Below, one piece after another: positions 10,173-19,063 of a DNA stretch of 64,000 nt. How positions within the stretch are numbered: the stretch's first letter is position 1; each line of letters opens with the position of its first letter. Where the stretch lies: positions 416,001 to 480,000 of the forward strand of contig CAVTBR010000003.1 in the NCBI GenBank assembly GCA_963733055.1. The letters are read 5' to 3'. The notes below the pieces were generated by a model. That model ran no database searches. It saw only the letters and a program-made list of their open reading frames with translations, and was not told the origin of the DNA. Made by a program: the position numbers and the translations under genes. Source of the stretch: Candidatus Bathyarchaeota archaeon. GTDB taxonomy: Archaea > Thermoproteota > Bathyarchaeia > 40CM-2-53-6.

Positions 10173-10880
10173 TCACTCTCGTTTTCGAAGTCTAAGAATC
10201 AAGAGTGCAAACAGTCCAACTACGATTCCGAGTAGTAACGCCTCGGGTGGAAAGCCTGGGATACTGGGTGAGGACGTGCTTCCGGGGATCACCGTCGTAA
10301 TTGTGGTCAGTAAGGGTTGTGTAATTGTATAGCCTCCAGAGGATAGGTTGGCTACGATGGTTCCTTCGGCATTTCTCGCATTCGAAGAATTAACGAGCAC
10401 AAGAACCCAGGCTCCGGAACTGGGAAGAGCGGCGTTGAAGGCGTATGACTTCGTGAGTAATTGACTTGCAACTGCCGCCGTCGTACTTCCACACGTTCCT
10501 TGCGTCACCCAACCCTGATAGGTTGAGCTTTGGACTAGGTAGAAGTCGACCGGGCTGTCTGACGTGAAGTTCCCGGAAATATATTGCCCCGCACTGCCAG
10601 TGAAATTTAACGTCCAAAATTCGCACGGTAGATTGGTTCCAGTCGTAGCGAGTACTGTGAAGGGGCCATTGATGATCTGTTGGGACTGTGAGAGGGAAGT
10701 GGAGAGGCTCGTGCCTACAGTAGCAGTAGTTGTCACCATCTGGAACGCGTGAGAAGCCAAAGCGAAGATGTTCGAGTTACCGGCAACCGTCGAGAACGAA
10801 AGCGCACAAACAATCACGATGAGCAGAGCGAAACGCTTTTGCAAAGAGGCACCCTGATCCACATTCCCACGTTTGGTCAT
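10173..10880 (-). CDS. Secreted surface protein with C-terminal PGF-CTERM-like sorting signal
   Basis: N-terminal signal, Thr/Ser-rich linkers, C-terminal SIPGFP + TM helix + RLRKRE basic tail. Confidence 0.7.
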   Translation of the reverse strand: MTKRGNVDQGASLQKRFALLIVIVCALSFSTVAGNSNIFALASHAFQMVTTTATVGTSLSTSLSQSQQIINGPFTVLATTGTNLPCEFWTLNFTGSAGQYISGNFTSDSPVDFYLVQSSTYQGWVTQGTCGSTTAAVASQLLTKSYAFNAALPSSGAWVLVLVNSSNARNAEGTIVANLSSGGYTITQPLLTTITTVIPGSTSSPSIPGFPPEALLLGIVVGLFALLILRLRKRE

Positions 10881-10956
10881 AAAACCGTTTGCATACCGTT
10901 TAATTGTGGTCTAGAACAGTGAGAATTTCCGTCGTAATTTTCGTGAGGTGCAGATT

Positions 10957-12366
10957 TTGGGTGCGATCGTCGGCATTGCAACCTTTAGCGACGTGAACAC
11001 CCCTCCCATCGTTGAGACAATGCTTGATGCCCTCAATCACCGCGGAACCTACAACAAGACGATGACAATCGATGGTGACAAAGTATCCGCGATCACAATT
11101 GGTTGTTCTTCACACTTCGAATCGAATCTCGACATCGTCAATTCCCCTAAATCGATGGTCGCGTTCAACGGCTCTTTTTACGAGCGGCGGACACTCGGAA
11201 ATGCTAGGTTTGTCCTTCGTGAAACCGAGCACTCTCCTCCCATCAAAGGTATCCGGCGAATCGAGAACCAGATCGGTGGATTCGCCAGCCTAGTCGCTCG
11301 GAGGGACCGATTGTATGCATTCAGGGACATTAACGGTTTGAAACCCCTTTACTACGCACGCGCCCACCATCTCACAGCGTTTGCGTCTGAGAGGAAAGCC
11401 CTCTGGAGAATCGGTCTAAAGAATCCGGAACCGATTCCACCAGGTTTTGCATGTACGTTCACCAAGAGAGGATTCGCTAAGAAACGGATTGTTCAGTTTC
11501 AACCGCCAAGAGAGACGGAGATGACGATTGAGCACGCCTCGTCCGTGCTTCGCCGATTGATGGCCAAATCAATCAGACGGGTCACTCATTTCAAAGGGAA
11601 GATTGCCGTAGCATTCTCAGGTGGACTAGACAGCGCACTAACGGCAGTCATGGCGAAGAAAACAGGCGTTGACGTAGAAGCGGTAAGCGTCGGGCTATCC
11701 AACGCCCCAGAAGTGACGACGGCCGACAAGTTCGCCAAAGAACTTGGCATACCGGTCACCGTGGAAACGTTTGCCCTGGACTCGCTTGAAGAGTACATTC
11801 GTCGCGTAGTATGGCTCATCGAAGAACCAAACTTGATGAAAGTAAGTGTTGCCATTCCTCTGCACTGGGCAGCAAAAATTGCTGCAAGACGAGGCTGCGG
11901 AGTGATGTTATGTGGACAGGGCAGCGACGAACTTTACGGCGGGTATTACAAGTACGCGAAGACATTGGACAACAAGGGACCGGGAGCCCTGGCCCGACAT
12001 CTCTTCCGTAGCGTTATTGAATCTTCTCAAGTCAACTACGAGAGAGATGATCAGGCAACCTCCCCGTTCCCGATAGAATTACGCACCCCCTTCGCCGACC
12101 CAGACGTAATCCGATTCTCACTAACCATCCCGTTGGAGTTCAAGGTGAAGGAGGGCAACGATGTTACTAGGAAATGGGTGCTACGAAATGTGGCCAAGAT
12201 GGTCGGCGTACCGGACGATATTACTTGGCGCCGAAAGAAGGCGATCCAACACGGGACGGGGGTGGAGAACGCCATTCGAAAACTTGGAAAGAGTTACGGG
12301 CTTACCGTCGACGACTTCCTAACGAAGACGTACGACGAGGTAAAACGAATGGAGTCCATGCCTTGA
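10957..12366 (+). CDS. Asparagine synthase (AsnB)-related protein lacking the N-terminal nucleophile Cys
   Basis: RDINGLKPLYY, FASERKAL, AFSGGLDS, GQGSDELYGGY, RKWVLR; N-terminus MGAIVG after a GAGGTG SD-like site. Confidence 0.8.
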   Translation: MGAIVGIATFSDVNTPPIVETMLDALNHRGTYNKTMTIDGDKVSAITIGCSSHFESNLDIVNSPKSMVAFNGSFYERRTLGNARFVLRETEHSPPIKGIRRIENQIGGFASLVARRDRLYAFRDINGLKPLYYARAHHLTAFASERKALWRIGLKNPEPIPPGFACTFTKRGFAKKRIVQFQPPRETEMTIEHASSVLRRLMAKSIRRVTHFKGKIAVAFSGGLDSALTAVMAKKTGVDVEAVSVGLSNAPEVTTADKFAKELGIPVTVETFALDSLEEYIRRVVWLIEEPNLMKVSVAIPLHWAAKIAARRGCGVMLCGQGSDELYGGYYKYAKTLDNKGPGALARHLFRSVIESSQVNYERDDQATSPFPIELRTPFADPDVIRFSLTIPLEFKVKEGNDVTRKWVLRNVAKMVGVPDDITWRRKKAIQHGTGVENAIRKLGKSYGLTVDDFLTKTYDEVKRMESMP

Positions 12367-12447
12367 CCCCAGACGAAGGCAAAGATCAAGGTAAGCGTCA
12401 TATGAAACGGATAATACTCTTTGCATGTACACGTGGAGTGAGCCGGA

Positions 12448-12945
12448 TTGCAACCTCTTGGACGCTGCCCCCGATGTGGCTACGCGCTCACTTACGACGG
12501 TAAGGCATACAGATGCGAATTCTGCGGGTATCCGAAAACCCGCCAACCGTTCAAGACTTCTTTACGAAATCTAGAGCGTAGCGTACGATTCAAGATGGAG
12601 GGCCTGCTCGAGGGTAGCAGAAGGGAACAATATCAAAGAATGAGTTTTCAATACCAATATGCGGCTCGACGTCAGGTTTGCGATTCCTGCGGCCTCAGAA
12701 TCCCCAACGGAGTGCAGATGTGTCCTTACTGCGGAACCCCTCAGAGAATCCCTCAACCCGTCCCAGAAAACGCCCCCCACGTGGTTCCACCTCAAAGTGG
12801 TGATCAACGTATCCTCGACTACATCGCGGCACGTAACGGGACAATCTCCATTTCACAAGCCGCCTCCGAACTCTCGATTTCCCCCGAAAACCTTCGCGCG
12901 ACAATAGAGAGGTTGAAGCAAGCAGGCCTCCTGAAACCGGCATGA
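12448..12945 (+). CDS. Double zinc-ribbon protein with C-terminal winged helix
   Basis: CPRC/CEFC and CDSC/CPYC pairs; C-terminal ILDYI...ISISQAASELSIS...IERLKQAGLL. Confidence 0.7.
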   Translation: MQPLGRCPRCGYALTYDGKAYRCEFCGYPKTRQPFKTSLRNLERSVRFKMEGLLEGSRREQYQRMSFQYQYAARRQVCDSCGLRIPNGVQMCPYCGTPQRIPQPVPENAPHVVPPQSGDQRILDYIAARNGTISISQAASELSISPENLRATIERLKQAGLLKPA

Positions 12946-12970
12946 GCAACGCGTCGTAGAGGGTTCGCAA

Positions 12971-13540
12971 ATGCTCTCAATCGCAGTTGATTTAGACGGA
13001 GTTCTAGCTAATACGATGGCGCCAGCCTGCAAAATAATCAACCAACGCCACTCTACCCATTTCGAAGTGTCCTCTTTCGTTCGGTGGAGGGCTTGGGAGA
13101 CCGCGAAGATTACGAGGGAGGAGTTCTTTCGAACGTTGGACCAAGCGTGGTTCGAATGGCAAACGATTCCTCCGACCGAGGAACACATAGCCGAGAAAGT
13201 CGATCGGCTAAGGGAATTTGGCAAGGTAGACATAGTTACCGGTCGGAGTCCAGAGACAGTTGCTTCGGCCAACTCCTGGCTCAAGAAACAGGGCATACAA
13301 TTCTGCTCTTTCGTGAGGGCCGACAGCGGGAATGATAAATCGAGACTGAATTATGATGTCTTCATTGACGACTCCCCTGAACTTATGTTCCAACTCTCCA
13401 AACGTAACAAACACGGAATATTATATACGCAGCCGTGGAACGAGGAACTTCCCCAGATGACGCGAATTTTCCGAGTTGACTCCTGGGATCAGACCCTAGG
13501 AATCGTTGGAGAAATCGTAAAAGGGTGGGGTCGGGTATAG
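12971..13540 (+). CDS. HAD-family 5'(3')-deoxyribonucleotidase (NT5C-like)
   Basis: IAVDLDGVLA, IVTGR, FIDDSP, PWN motifs. Confidence 0.8.
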   Translation: MLSIAVDLDGVLANTMAPACKIINQRHSTHFEVSSFVRWRAWETAKITREEFFRTLDQAWFEWQTIPPTEEHIAEKVDRLREFGKVDIVTGRSPETVASANSWLKKQGIQFCSFVRADSGNDKSRLNYDVFIDDSPELMFQLSKRNKHGILYTQPWNEELPQMTRIFRVDSWDQTLGIVGEIVKGWGRV

Positions 13541-13546
13541 AAGTAT

Positions 13547-14020
13547 GTGACTCCCATGGCGGTATACTCGGTGAGATACGGGTTCAAACAGATTCTTCCA
13601 CTAGCCGGGAAAGAAGCTTTCGAATGGTGCACAGACTACAAGCCCTACGATTTTAGTCTCATGCATGAAAAGGGCAGACGAAGGATTCAGAAACTTACAC
13701 GCGACGCAATCATTCTGACAGAAACAACTCGCAAAAACAATAAAACAATAATTAAAGCGAAACTAATCAGACTGAATAAGTCTCAACTGTCTTGGACGAA
13801 CGTCCACATATCTGGCCCCAACCGACACTCAGAATTCTTGTACCAAATAGAGCCACTAGGAAAGAATCGTTCACGACTCAATTTTACTGGCTTACTGATC
13901 TGCAATTCGAGTCGCGCCCTCTCTAATCAGAAGCTTCGCAAGATAGCCCGAGACGAGAGACGAGCGGACTCACGTGTCTGGCGTTATTTGTCAATTGCCA
14001 TGCGGAAAGAAATGGCTTGA
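13547..14020 (+). CDS. Hypothetical protein, possibly SRPBCC/START-like
   Basis: Operon-like 6-bp spacing from the upstream gene; AFEWCTDY N-terminal pattern. Confidence 0.55.
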   Translation: MTPMAVYSVRYGFKQILPLAGKEAFEWCTDYKPYDFSLMHEKGRRRIQKLTRDAIILTETTRKNNKTIIKAKLIRLNKSQLSWTNVHISGPNRHSEFLYQIEPLGKNRSRLNFTGLLICNSSRALSNQKLRKIARDERRADSRVWRYLSIAMRKEMA

Positions 14021-14040
14021 ACCCTTGAATCGGCCTTGAA

Positions 14041-14316
14041 CTATTCCAGGCGCCGAATGATATGATAGCCGAATTGTGTCTTCACGATGCCCGAGGTCTG
14101 TCCTTTCTGAAGGGCGAACGCGGCCTGTTCAAATTCCTTAACCATCCGTCCCCTCGTGAAGGTACCTAGGTCACCGCCACGCTTTCGTGATGGGCAAAGC
14201 GAAACATCGCCAGCGACGTTTGCAAATTTCTCCCCTTTACCCAGCCGCTCAATCACGGCCTGTGCGTCCTTCTCCGATTTTAATAGAATATGTGCGCAAT
14301 GTACCTGATTAGACAG
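14041..14316 (-). CDS. ppiC: Single-domain parvulin peptidyl-prolyl isomerase (Par10/PpiC-like); apparent CTG start
   Basis: Frame extends upstream to SNQVHCAHILLK; SLCPS..RGGDLG, MVKEFE, TQFGYHII. Confidence 0.88.
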   Translation of the reverse strand: MSNQVHCAHILLKSEKDAQAVIERLGKGEKFANVAGDVSLCPSRKRGGDLGTFTRGRMVKEFEQAAFALQKGQTSGIVKTQFGYHIIRRLE

Positions 14317-14505
14317 CTACGATCACCGAATAGTTGAACCCAAAGAACCGGAGATTTAGATAAGCATACTGGGTTCGCGCGGAACATGATCATCTAAGAC
14401 AGCGAATTGGATAGCCACTTCGAAGCTGCGCCAACCCCCAGGGTCCCCACGCGTTGTGTACAAGCCTCCATAATACAGCCCATCACCAAAGAGGTCCCGA
14501 TCGTA

Positions 14506-15213
14506 ATGAGCCTCGCACGAAGTAGCAAGATCCTGAAGCGCCTCAAGTCCATGTCGAATAAGGAAAATGTAGCGGGCATGGCGCGCTTCGGCATCAACCC
14601 GAAGAACACATACGGCATTTCGATTCCCGATCTAAGACGAATCGCTAAGGAGTTGGGGAGAGACCACGTACTCGCGCTTCAGCTGTGGAGATCCGGAATC
14701 CACGAGGCACGCATACTTGCATCCATGATAGACGACCCACAGAAAGTCACCCCATCGCAAATGGAACGATGGGGCAAAGATTTTGATTCGTGGGATGTAT
14801 GCGACCAATGTTGCAGTAATCTGTTCCACAAAACAGCGCTCGCCAGGAAAAAGGCGGTTGAATGGAGTTCACGAAAGGAAGAATTCGTGAAACGAGCCGC
14901 ATTCGCCCTGATGGCCGCAATGGCGGCTCACGACAAAACGAAAGATGACGCTCAATTCAAGAGATTTCTGAAAATTATCAGTGTGAGGTCGAATGATGAG
15001 AGGAATTTTGTCAAAAAAGCAGTGAACTGGGCATTACGGGGGATAGGAAAGCGCAGTAGCGATCTGAATGAGGCGGCAATTGCATCCGCAAAGAAAATTC
15101 AGACCCATCCATCCAAAGCTGCGCGCTGGATCGCTTCCGACGCTCTGCGCGAGTTGACGAGCCCGGCGGTACAACAACGTTTGAACAAGCAAGACAAGTC
15201 GCAGAATGACTGA
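14506..15213 (+). CDS. AlkD-like DNA alkylation repair protein (HEAT-repeat glycosylase family)
   Basis: GMARFGI, LWRSGIHEARILA, FDSWDVCD, DERNFVKKAVNWALR. Confidence 0.85.
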   Translation: MSLARSSKILKRLKSMSNKENVAGMARFGINPKNTYGISIPDLRRIAKELGRDHVLALQLWRSGIHEARILASMIDDPQKVTPSQMERWGKDFDSWDVCDQCCSNLFHKTALARKKAVEWSSRKEEFVKRAAFALMAAMAAHDKTKDDAQFKRFLKIISVRSNDERNFVKKAVNWALRGIGKRSSDLNEAAIASAKKIQTHPSKAARWIASDALRELTSPAVQQRLNKQDKSQND

Positions 15214-15364
15214 TTCGGTCCTTTCGTAACAGATTCAATGCCATTTGCGTTGCTTCAATTCTGTCAATCAGAAATCGCTAACCCAACTAGCCGTGCATTT
15301 CCCTATGCGTCTAAACACTTTATGAAAATTCTCACACCCGCACCTTACCTGGGACGGCGGGCTT

Positions 15365-17002
15365 TTGATCACGACATACCGACGAGTTCTGGTTGCTCTA
15401 GTTTTTCTAACCTTGGCTTCGAACCTCACATTACTACAACTCACACAATCTTCCAGCCCACTAACGCCTCTGGTGACAAGTCCAGCTCCTTCCAATGCCG
15501 GAATCCTGGGTGAGACCGCAACCGCGGGCTTTCGCCCCCGAATCACTCCCGTCCTCGGCATTATTCGGGTCTTGGTTATCGCGGTTGCTTTTTCTGACGT
15601 AAAACCGACCCTGAGTATCGATGGGATAAAGCGGGAATGGTTCGGAACCGTCCCTGCCTATTATCATGAAATTTCCTATGGAAAACTGACTATCCAAGGT
15701 GATGTCTATGGATGGTACAAACTCCCGCACCCTGAATCGTATTACGGTAGGGATTGCCACGCAATCAACGACGCTGACTGCAGTGGAACAAATCAATCAT
15801 GGAAGATTGCAAACGACACCGTGCCTCTGGCCGAGAAGGATGTTAACTTCAGCAACTATGACTACTTCGTCTTCATCCATTCCGGGGCCGGCCAAGAAAC
15901 CAGCCTCAAACCAAACGACGTCTGGTCGGTAACATACCTAGATGCCTCCGTAGAAGCCAACTCTAAGAATCTAACCCGATTCAGCATAGTACCAGAATTA
16001 GAGGCGCAGCCAAACGTTCCAAACGGGGATTGGTGCGTCGAGTTCGCTCATGACTTGGGAGTACCAGACCTCTACAATACTACAAACGGCCCGAACCACG
16101 CGAAATTAATCCTGGGTCCATGGGAACTTATGGATAAGGGATCATGGAACGGCGATCCACCGGGCTCGCTTCCTGCTCACATGACAGCCTGGCTGAAAAT
16201 GCAACTCGGATTCATCAGCGGCTCCACACTCGAAACAGTTCCGCTCGGACCCTCCACCATCCTCGTAGACCCGACTGAGATTCCTTCGAACAATGTCCAC
16301 GCAATCAAAATACCGCTAGGCAATTCACAGAATTCAACACAATACTACTTGGTTGAAGTGAGAAAACAAATCGGCTTCGACGCCGCACTTCCCAATGCGG
16401 GCGTTCTAATCACGTTTGTGAATGAGAGCCTCTCGGTCGGAGAGGTTCGCTTAATCAATGGTGATCCAGGGGTTTCCGATTTGGAGGACGCGGTTTGGCA
16501 TTTGGGCCAGACATTCGCTGATAGCCGTCACAACCTCACCATTACAGTCTCGGGTGAGACGGGGAACTCCTATGAAGTCACAGTAACCAGAGGCACCAGC
16601 CCGGCTCCCACTGCACAACTTGCCACAAACAATTCGACAGCGCGAATCATTATAGCAGGAACTAATTTAACAGTTGAACTCGCAACAACCCTACCCGCTC
16701 AGGAGCGCGGCCTCTCCGGGCTGCCGTCCCTGCCCAGCAACGAAGGAATGCTATTCGTCTTCGACCATGCGGATTACTGGGGCTTTTGGATGATCGGGAT
16801 GAAATTCCCACTGGACATAATCTGGTTTAACTCAGCCAGACAAGTGGTCTGGACGGAACCGGACTTGAAACCATGCCCGCCCTCTAATTGCCCGGTGCTA
16901 ATGCCAAATGTCAAAGCGATGTACGTCTTAGAAGTGAACGCAGGCTTTATCGCCGCCCATCACATTACGATAGGAACTACCTTCTCGTTCTCGACTTTCT
17001 AG
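15365..17002 (+). CDS. Secreted M6 (immune inhibitor A-like) metalloprotease-domain protein fused to DUF192; zinc motif degenerate
   Basis: YYHEISYGKL, IHSGAGQE, VEFAHDLGVPDLY, WELMDKGSWNG, YYLVEVR; C-terminal ERGLSG...GMLFVF...FWMIGMKFPLDIIW...YVLEVNAG. Confidence 0.8.
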   Translation: MITTYRRVLVALVFLTLASNLTLLQLTQSSSPLTPLVTSPAPSNAGILGETATAGFRPRITPVLGIIRVLVIAVAFSDVKPTLSIDGIKREWFGTVPAYYHEISYGKLTIQGDVYGWYKLPHPESYYGRDCHAINDADCSGTNQSWKIANDTVPLAEKDVNFSNYDYFVFIHSGAGQETSLKPNDVWSVTYLDASVEANSKNLTRFSIVPELEAQPNVPNGDWCVEFAHDLGVPDLYNTTNGPNHAKLILGPWELMDKGSWNGDPPGSLPAHMTAWLKMQLGFISGSTLETVPLGPSTILVDPTEIPSNNVHAIKIPLGNSQNSTQYYLVEVRKQIGFDAALPNAGVLITFVNESLSVGEVRLINGDPGVSDLEDAVWHLGQTFADSRHNLTITVSGETGNSYEVTVTRGTSPAPTAQLATNNSTARIIIAGTNLTVELATTLPAQERGLSGLPSLPSNEGMLFVFDHADYWGFWMIGMKFPLDIIWFNSARQVVWTEPDLKPCPPSNCPVLMPNVKAMYVLEVNAGFIAAHHITIGTTFSFSTF

Positions 17003-19061
17003 CCCGTGTTTTGCGGCTTCGAGCTCGTCTTCTCGCTGGAAGCCTTCCCCTTTTGAGAGACGCATTGTATCCTACGGCAGCTACCGCGATTATGGCAACT
17101 ACGTACACTATGATTTGTAGCAGAAATAGAGGTGGAAGGACGGTTAGGGTTTGCTCGTCGAATTGAATCACCGCGCCTGAAGGAACTTGCGCGTACAGCT
17201 GCGTTGTAACTCGGTGTTCTCCAACCGGAAGCGATTGATTGTTGAGATTCAAGTTAGCTCCGTAGATTCCGAATCCGAGGTTTGATCCTTGAATCGTCGC
17301 CTCAGACGCTCCGGTCACGTCATGAATTTGCACGGTGAACGTTGCGTTATCTAGCGATCCGCCGTCGTAGGTTAGTGCTTGAGAGCGAAGCTGAACTTGG
17401 CTTCCGCCAATACGCGATCCGAAAGCTTCCTGCCCTTGAAGAGCGTAAAAGACTCCACCACCAGGTTGAGCATCCAGTAACTCAACCCCTGATCCCTGCG
17501 TGAATTTTGCCAACGTAAACGCACCCGATGCTTCCAGGGCCCCGGTCAACATTAGCGCGAGAGGGCCGTTGGTTGTTGGCAAGAGGTCTGCGGGTAAAGC
17601 AAATCCATTCGCGATACCCTCCATCGCAAAGCGGTCGGAGCGAAGCAAGGATATCCTGATTGTTCGGGTGTCCACCTCGCTAACACTTTTGATCTCATTC
17701 AGAGCCGAGTAGAGTGGCGTAGATGGAACCATATTCTTGATCAGCCAGTTGAGAGTGGCAGCCAAATCATGGGCCGTTATTGGGGTTCCGTCTTGAAACT
17801 TCATTCCGTCGCGGAGAACAATCGTAAGGTTTGTGGAGTTGTCGCTCATTTGCCACTGTGCCGCTAACCCGGGTTGAGTCGAACCATCGGAACTATGCGT
17901 TAGCAACGGTTCGGTTATGAGTCTCAGTGTCAACGAGTCTGCGGGTGCGAGAACAGTTGCGGGGTTCAAATCACTCAACCCGGACACTTCACCAATCGTG
18001 ACGGGACCTGATCCAGTCATGTTCGTGAGTGTCGCCGCGATGGTGCCTGGTACGCTTCCCGTGATTGGAGATAGCTGGGGGAAACTCGCCTGAGTCACGA
18101 TGAGCAGACGCTTGGAGTAGACGGGAATTGCTGGAACGTCTAGGTTGAGTTGTTCCTGGCATGTTAACGCGGCCGCTTTGGCGGAAACAGAATCGGATGC
18201 CGTCATTAGCCGGTTCGCGCATTCATCAAAAGTTGAGTTGCGGTATCCAACCAGATTCGTCGAATATGGTACCGGAGATACATCGTTTACTCCCGCGAAA
18301 AGGTCATACAGCCAGGTGGGTGCCGGTCCCGCGATTTGGGTTTCGATGAAGAGATCAAAATAATAGTTGACTTTTATTCCCGAGAAATCGAAGTTACTCT
18401 CAGGGAAACTGACTATCGGGAGACCGATGGCTTGCATGTCCTCAGCGAATAGGTTAGCAGCCGCGACTGCTTGCGGGTCGCTCAACCTACTATAGATGAA
18501 CATGGTGCGGAGTTCCTGTCCGGTGGACGGGTCTTCGCGCATACCGCCCGATGATCGAACGAATCCTATACTGTCGAGAAGCTGGGATGCGATCGTGGGG
18601 CTGTAAGGGTATGAATCTGTAGCCTCATTCCTCCATCCCAATGTTGCATATGCGGACGAGAAGAGGCTGGGGTTCAAAGTCTCTCCATATCCAGCCAGCA
18701 CCTGGTTTACCACGCGCTGGCGGTCGAACCCGTAGAGCATGGCGCGACGGAAGACTGAGTTGTTAAGAGGCGGATTTCGAAGGTTAAGGCCAATGTAAGT
18801 GAAACCGAAGTTTCCGATCGGAACCACATTTAGGTTCGAGCTATCCTTTAGCTGCAGCAATGTTGCCGGAGCGATGTTGTCGATAGGGGCCATGTCGACT
18901 TGGCCGTTTGTGAGGGCTTGGACTAGCGCCGTGGTTGAGGGGTAGGATTCGATCATCACACTTCTCGTCGGGGAGCGGGACGGAAGGTAAACTACAGCTT
19001 CGCCAACTAGAATTACAATTATGACTAATGCAATGAAGAGAAGTTGAGTTTTCTGTCTCAC
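16977..19061 (-). CDS. Family-5 ABC substrate-binding protein, circularly permuted, with TM helices at both ends
   Basis: YIGLNLRNPPL...FRRAMLYGFDR lies before LNP...EPLL...PGLAAQW...MKFQDGTPITAHD. Confidence 0.75.
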   Translation of the reverse strand: MRQKTQLLFIALVIIVILVGEAVVYLPSRSPTRSVMIESYPSTTALVQALTNGQVDMAPIDNIAPATLLQLKDSSNLNVVPIGNFGFTYIGLNLRNPPLNNSVFRRAMLYGFDRQRVVNQVLAGYGETLNPSLFSSAYATLGWRNEATDSYPYSPTIASQLLDSIGFVRSSGGMREDPSTGQELRTMFIYSRLSDPQAVAAANLFAEDMQAIGLPIVSFPESNFDFSGIKVNYYFDLFIETQIAGPAPTWLYDLFAGVNDVSPVPYSTNLVGYRNSTFDECANRLMTASDSVSAKAAALTCQEQLNLDVPAIPVYSKRLLIVTQASFPQLSPITGSVPGTIAATLTNMTGSGPVTIGEVSGLSDLNPATVLAPADSLTLRLITEPLLTHSSDGSTQPGLAAQWQMSDNSTNLTIVLRDGMKFQDGTPITAHDLAATLNWLIKNMVPSTPLYSALNEIKSVSEVDTRTIRISLLRSDRFAMEGIANGFALPADLLPTTNGPLALMLTGALEASGAFTLAKFTQGSGVELLDAQPGGGVFYALQGQEAFGSRIGGSQVQLRSQALTYDGGSLDNATFTVQIHDVTGASEATIQGSNLGFGIYGANLNLNNQSLPVGEHRVTTQLYAQVPSGAVIQFDEQTLTVLPPLFLLQIIVYVVAIIAVAAVGYNASLKRGRLPARRRARSRKTRARKSRTRR

Positions 19062-19063
19062 GG

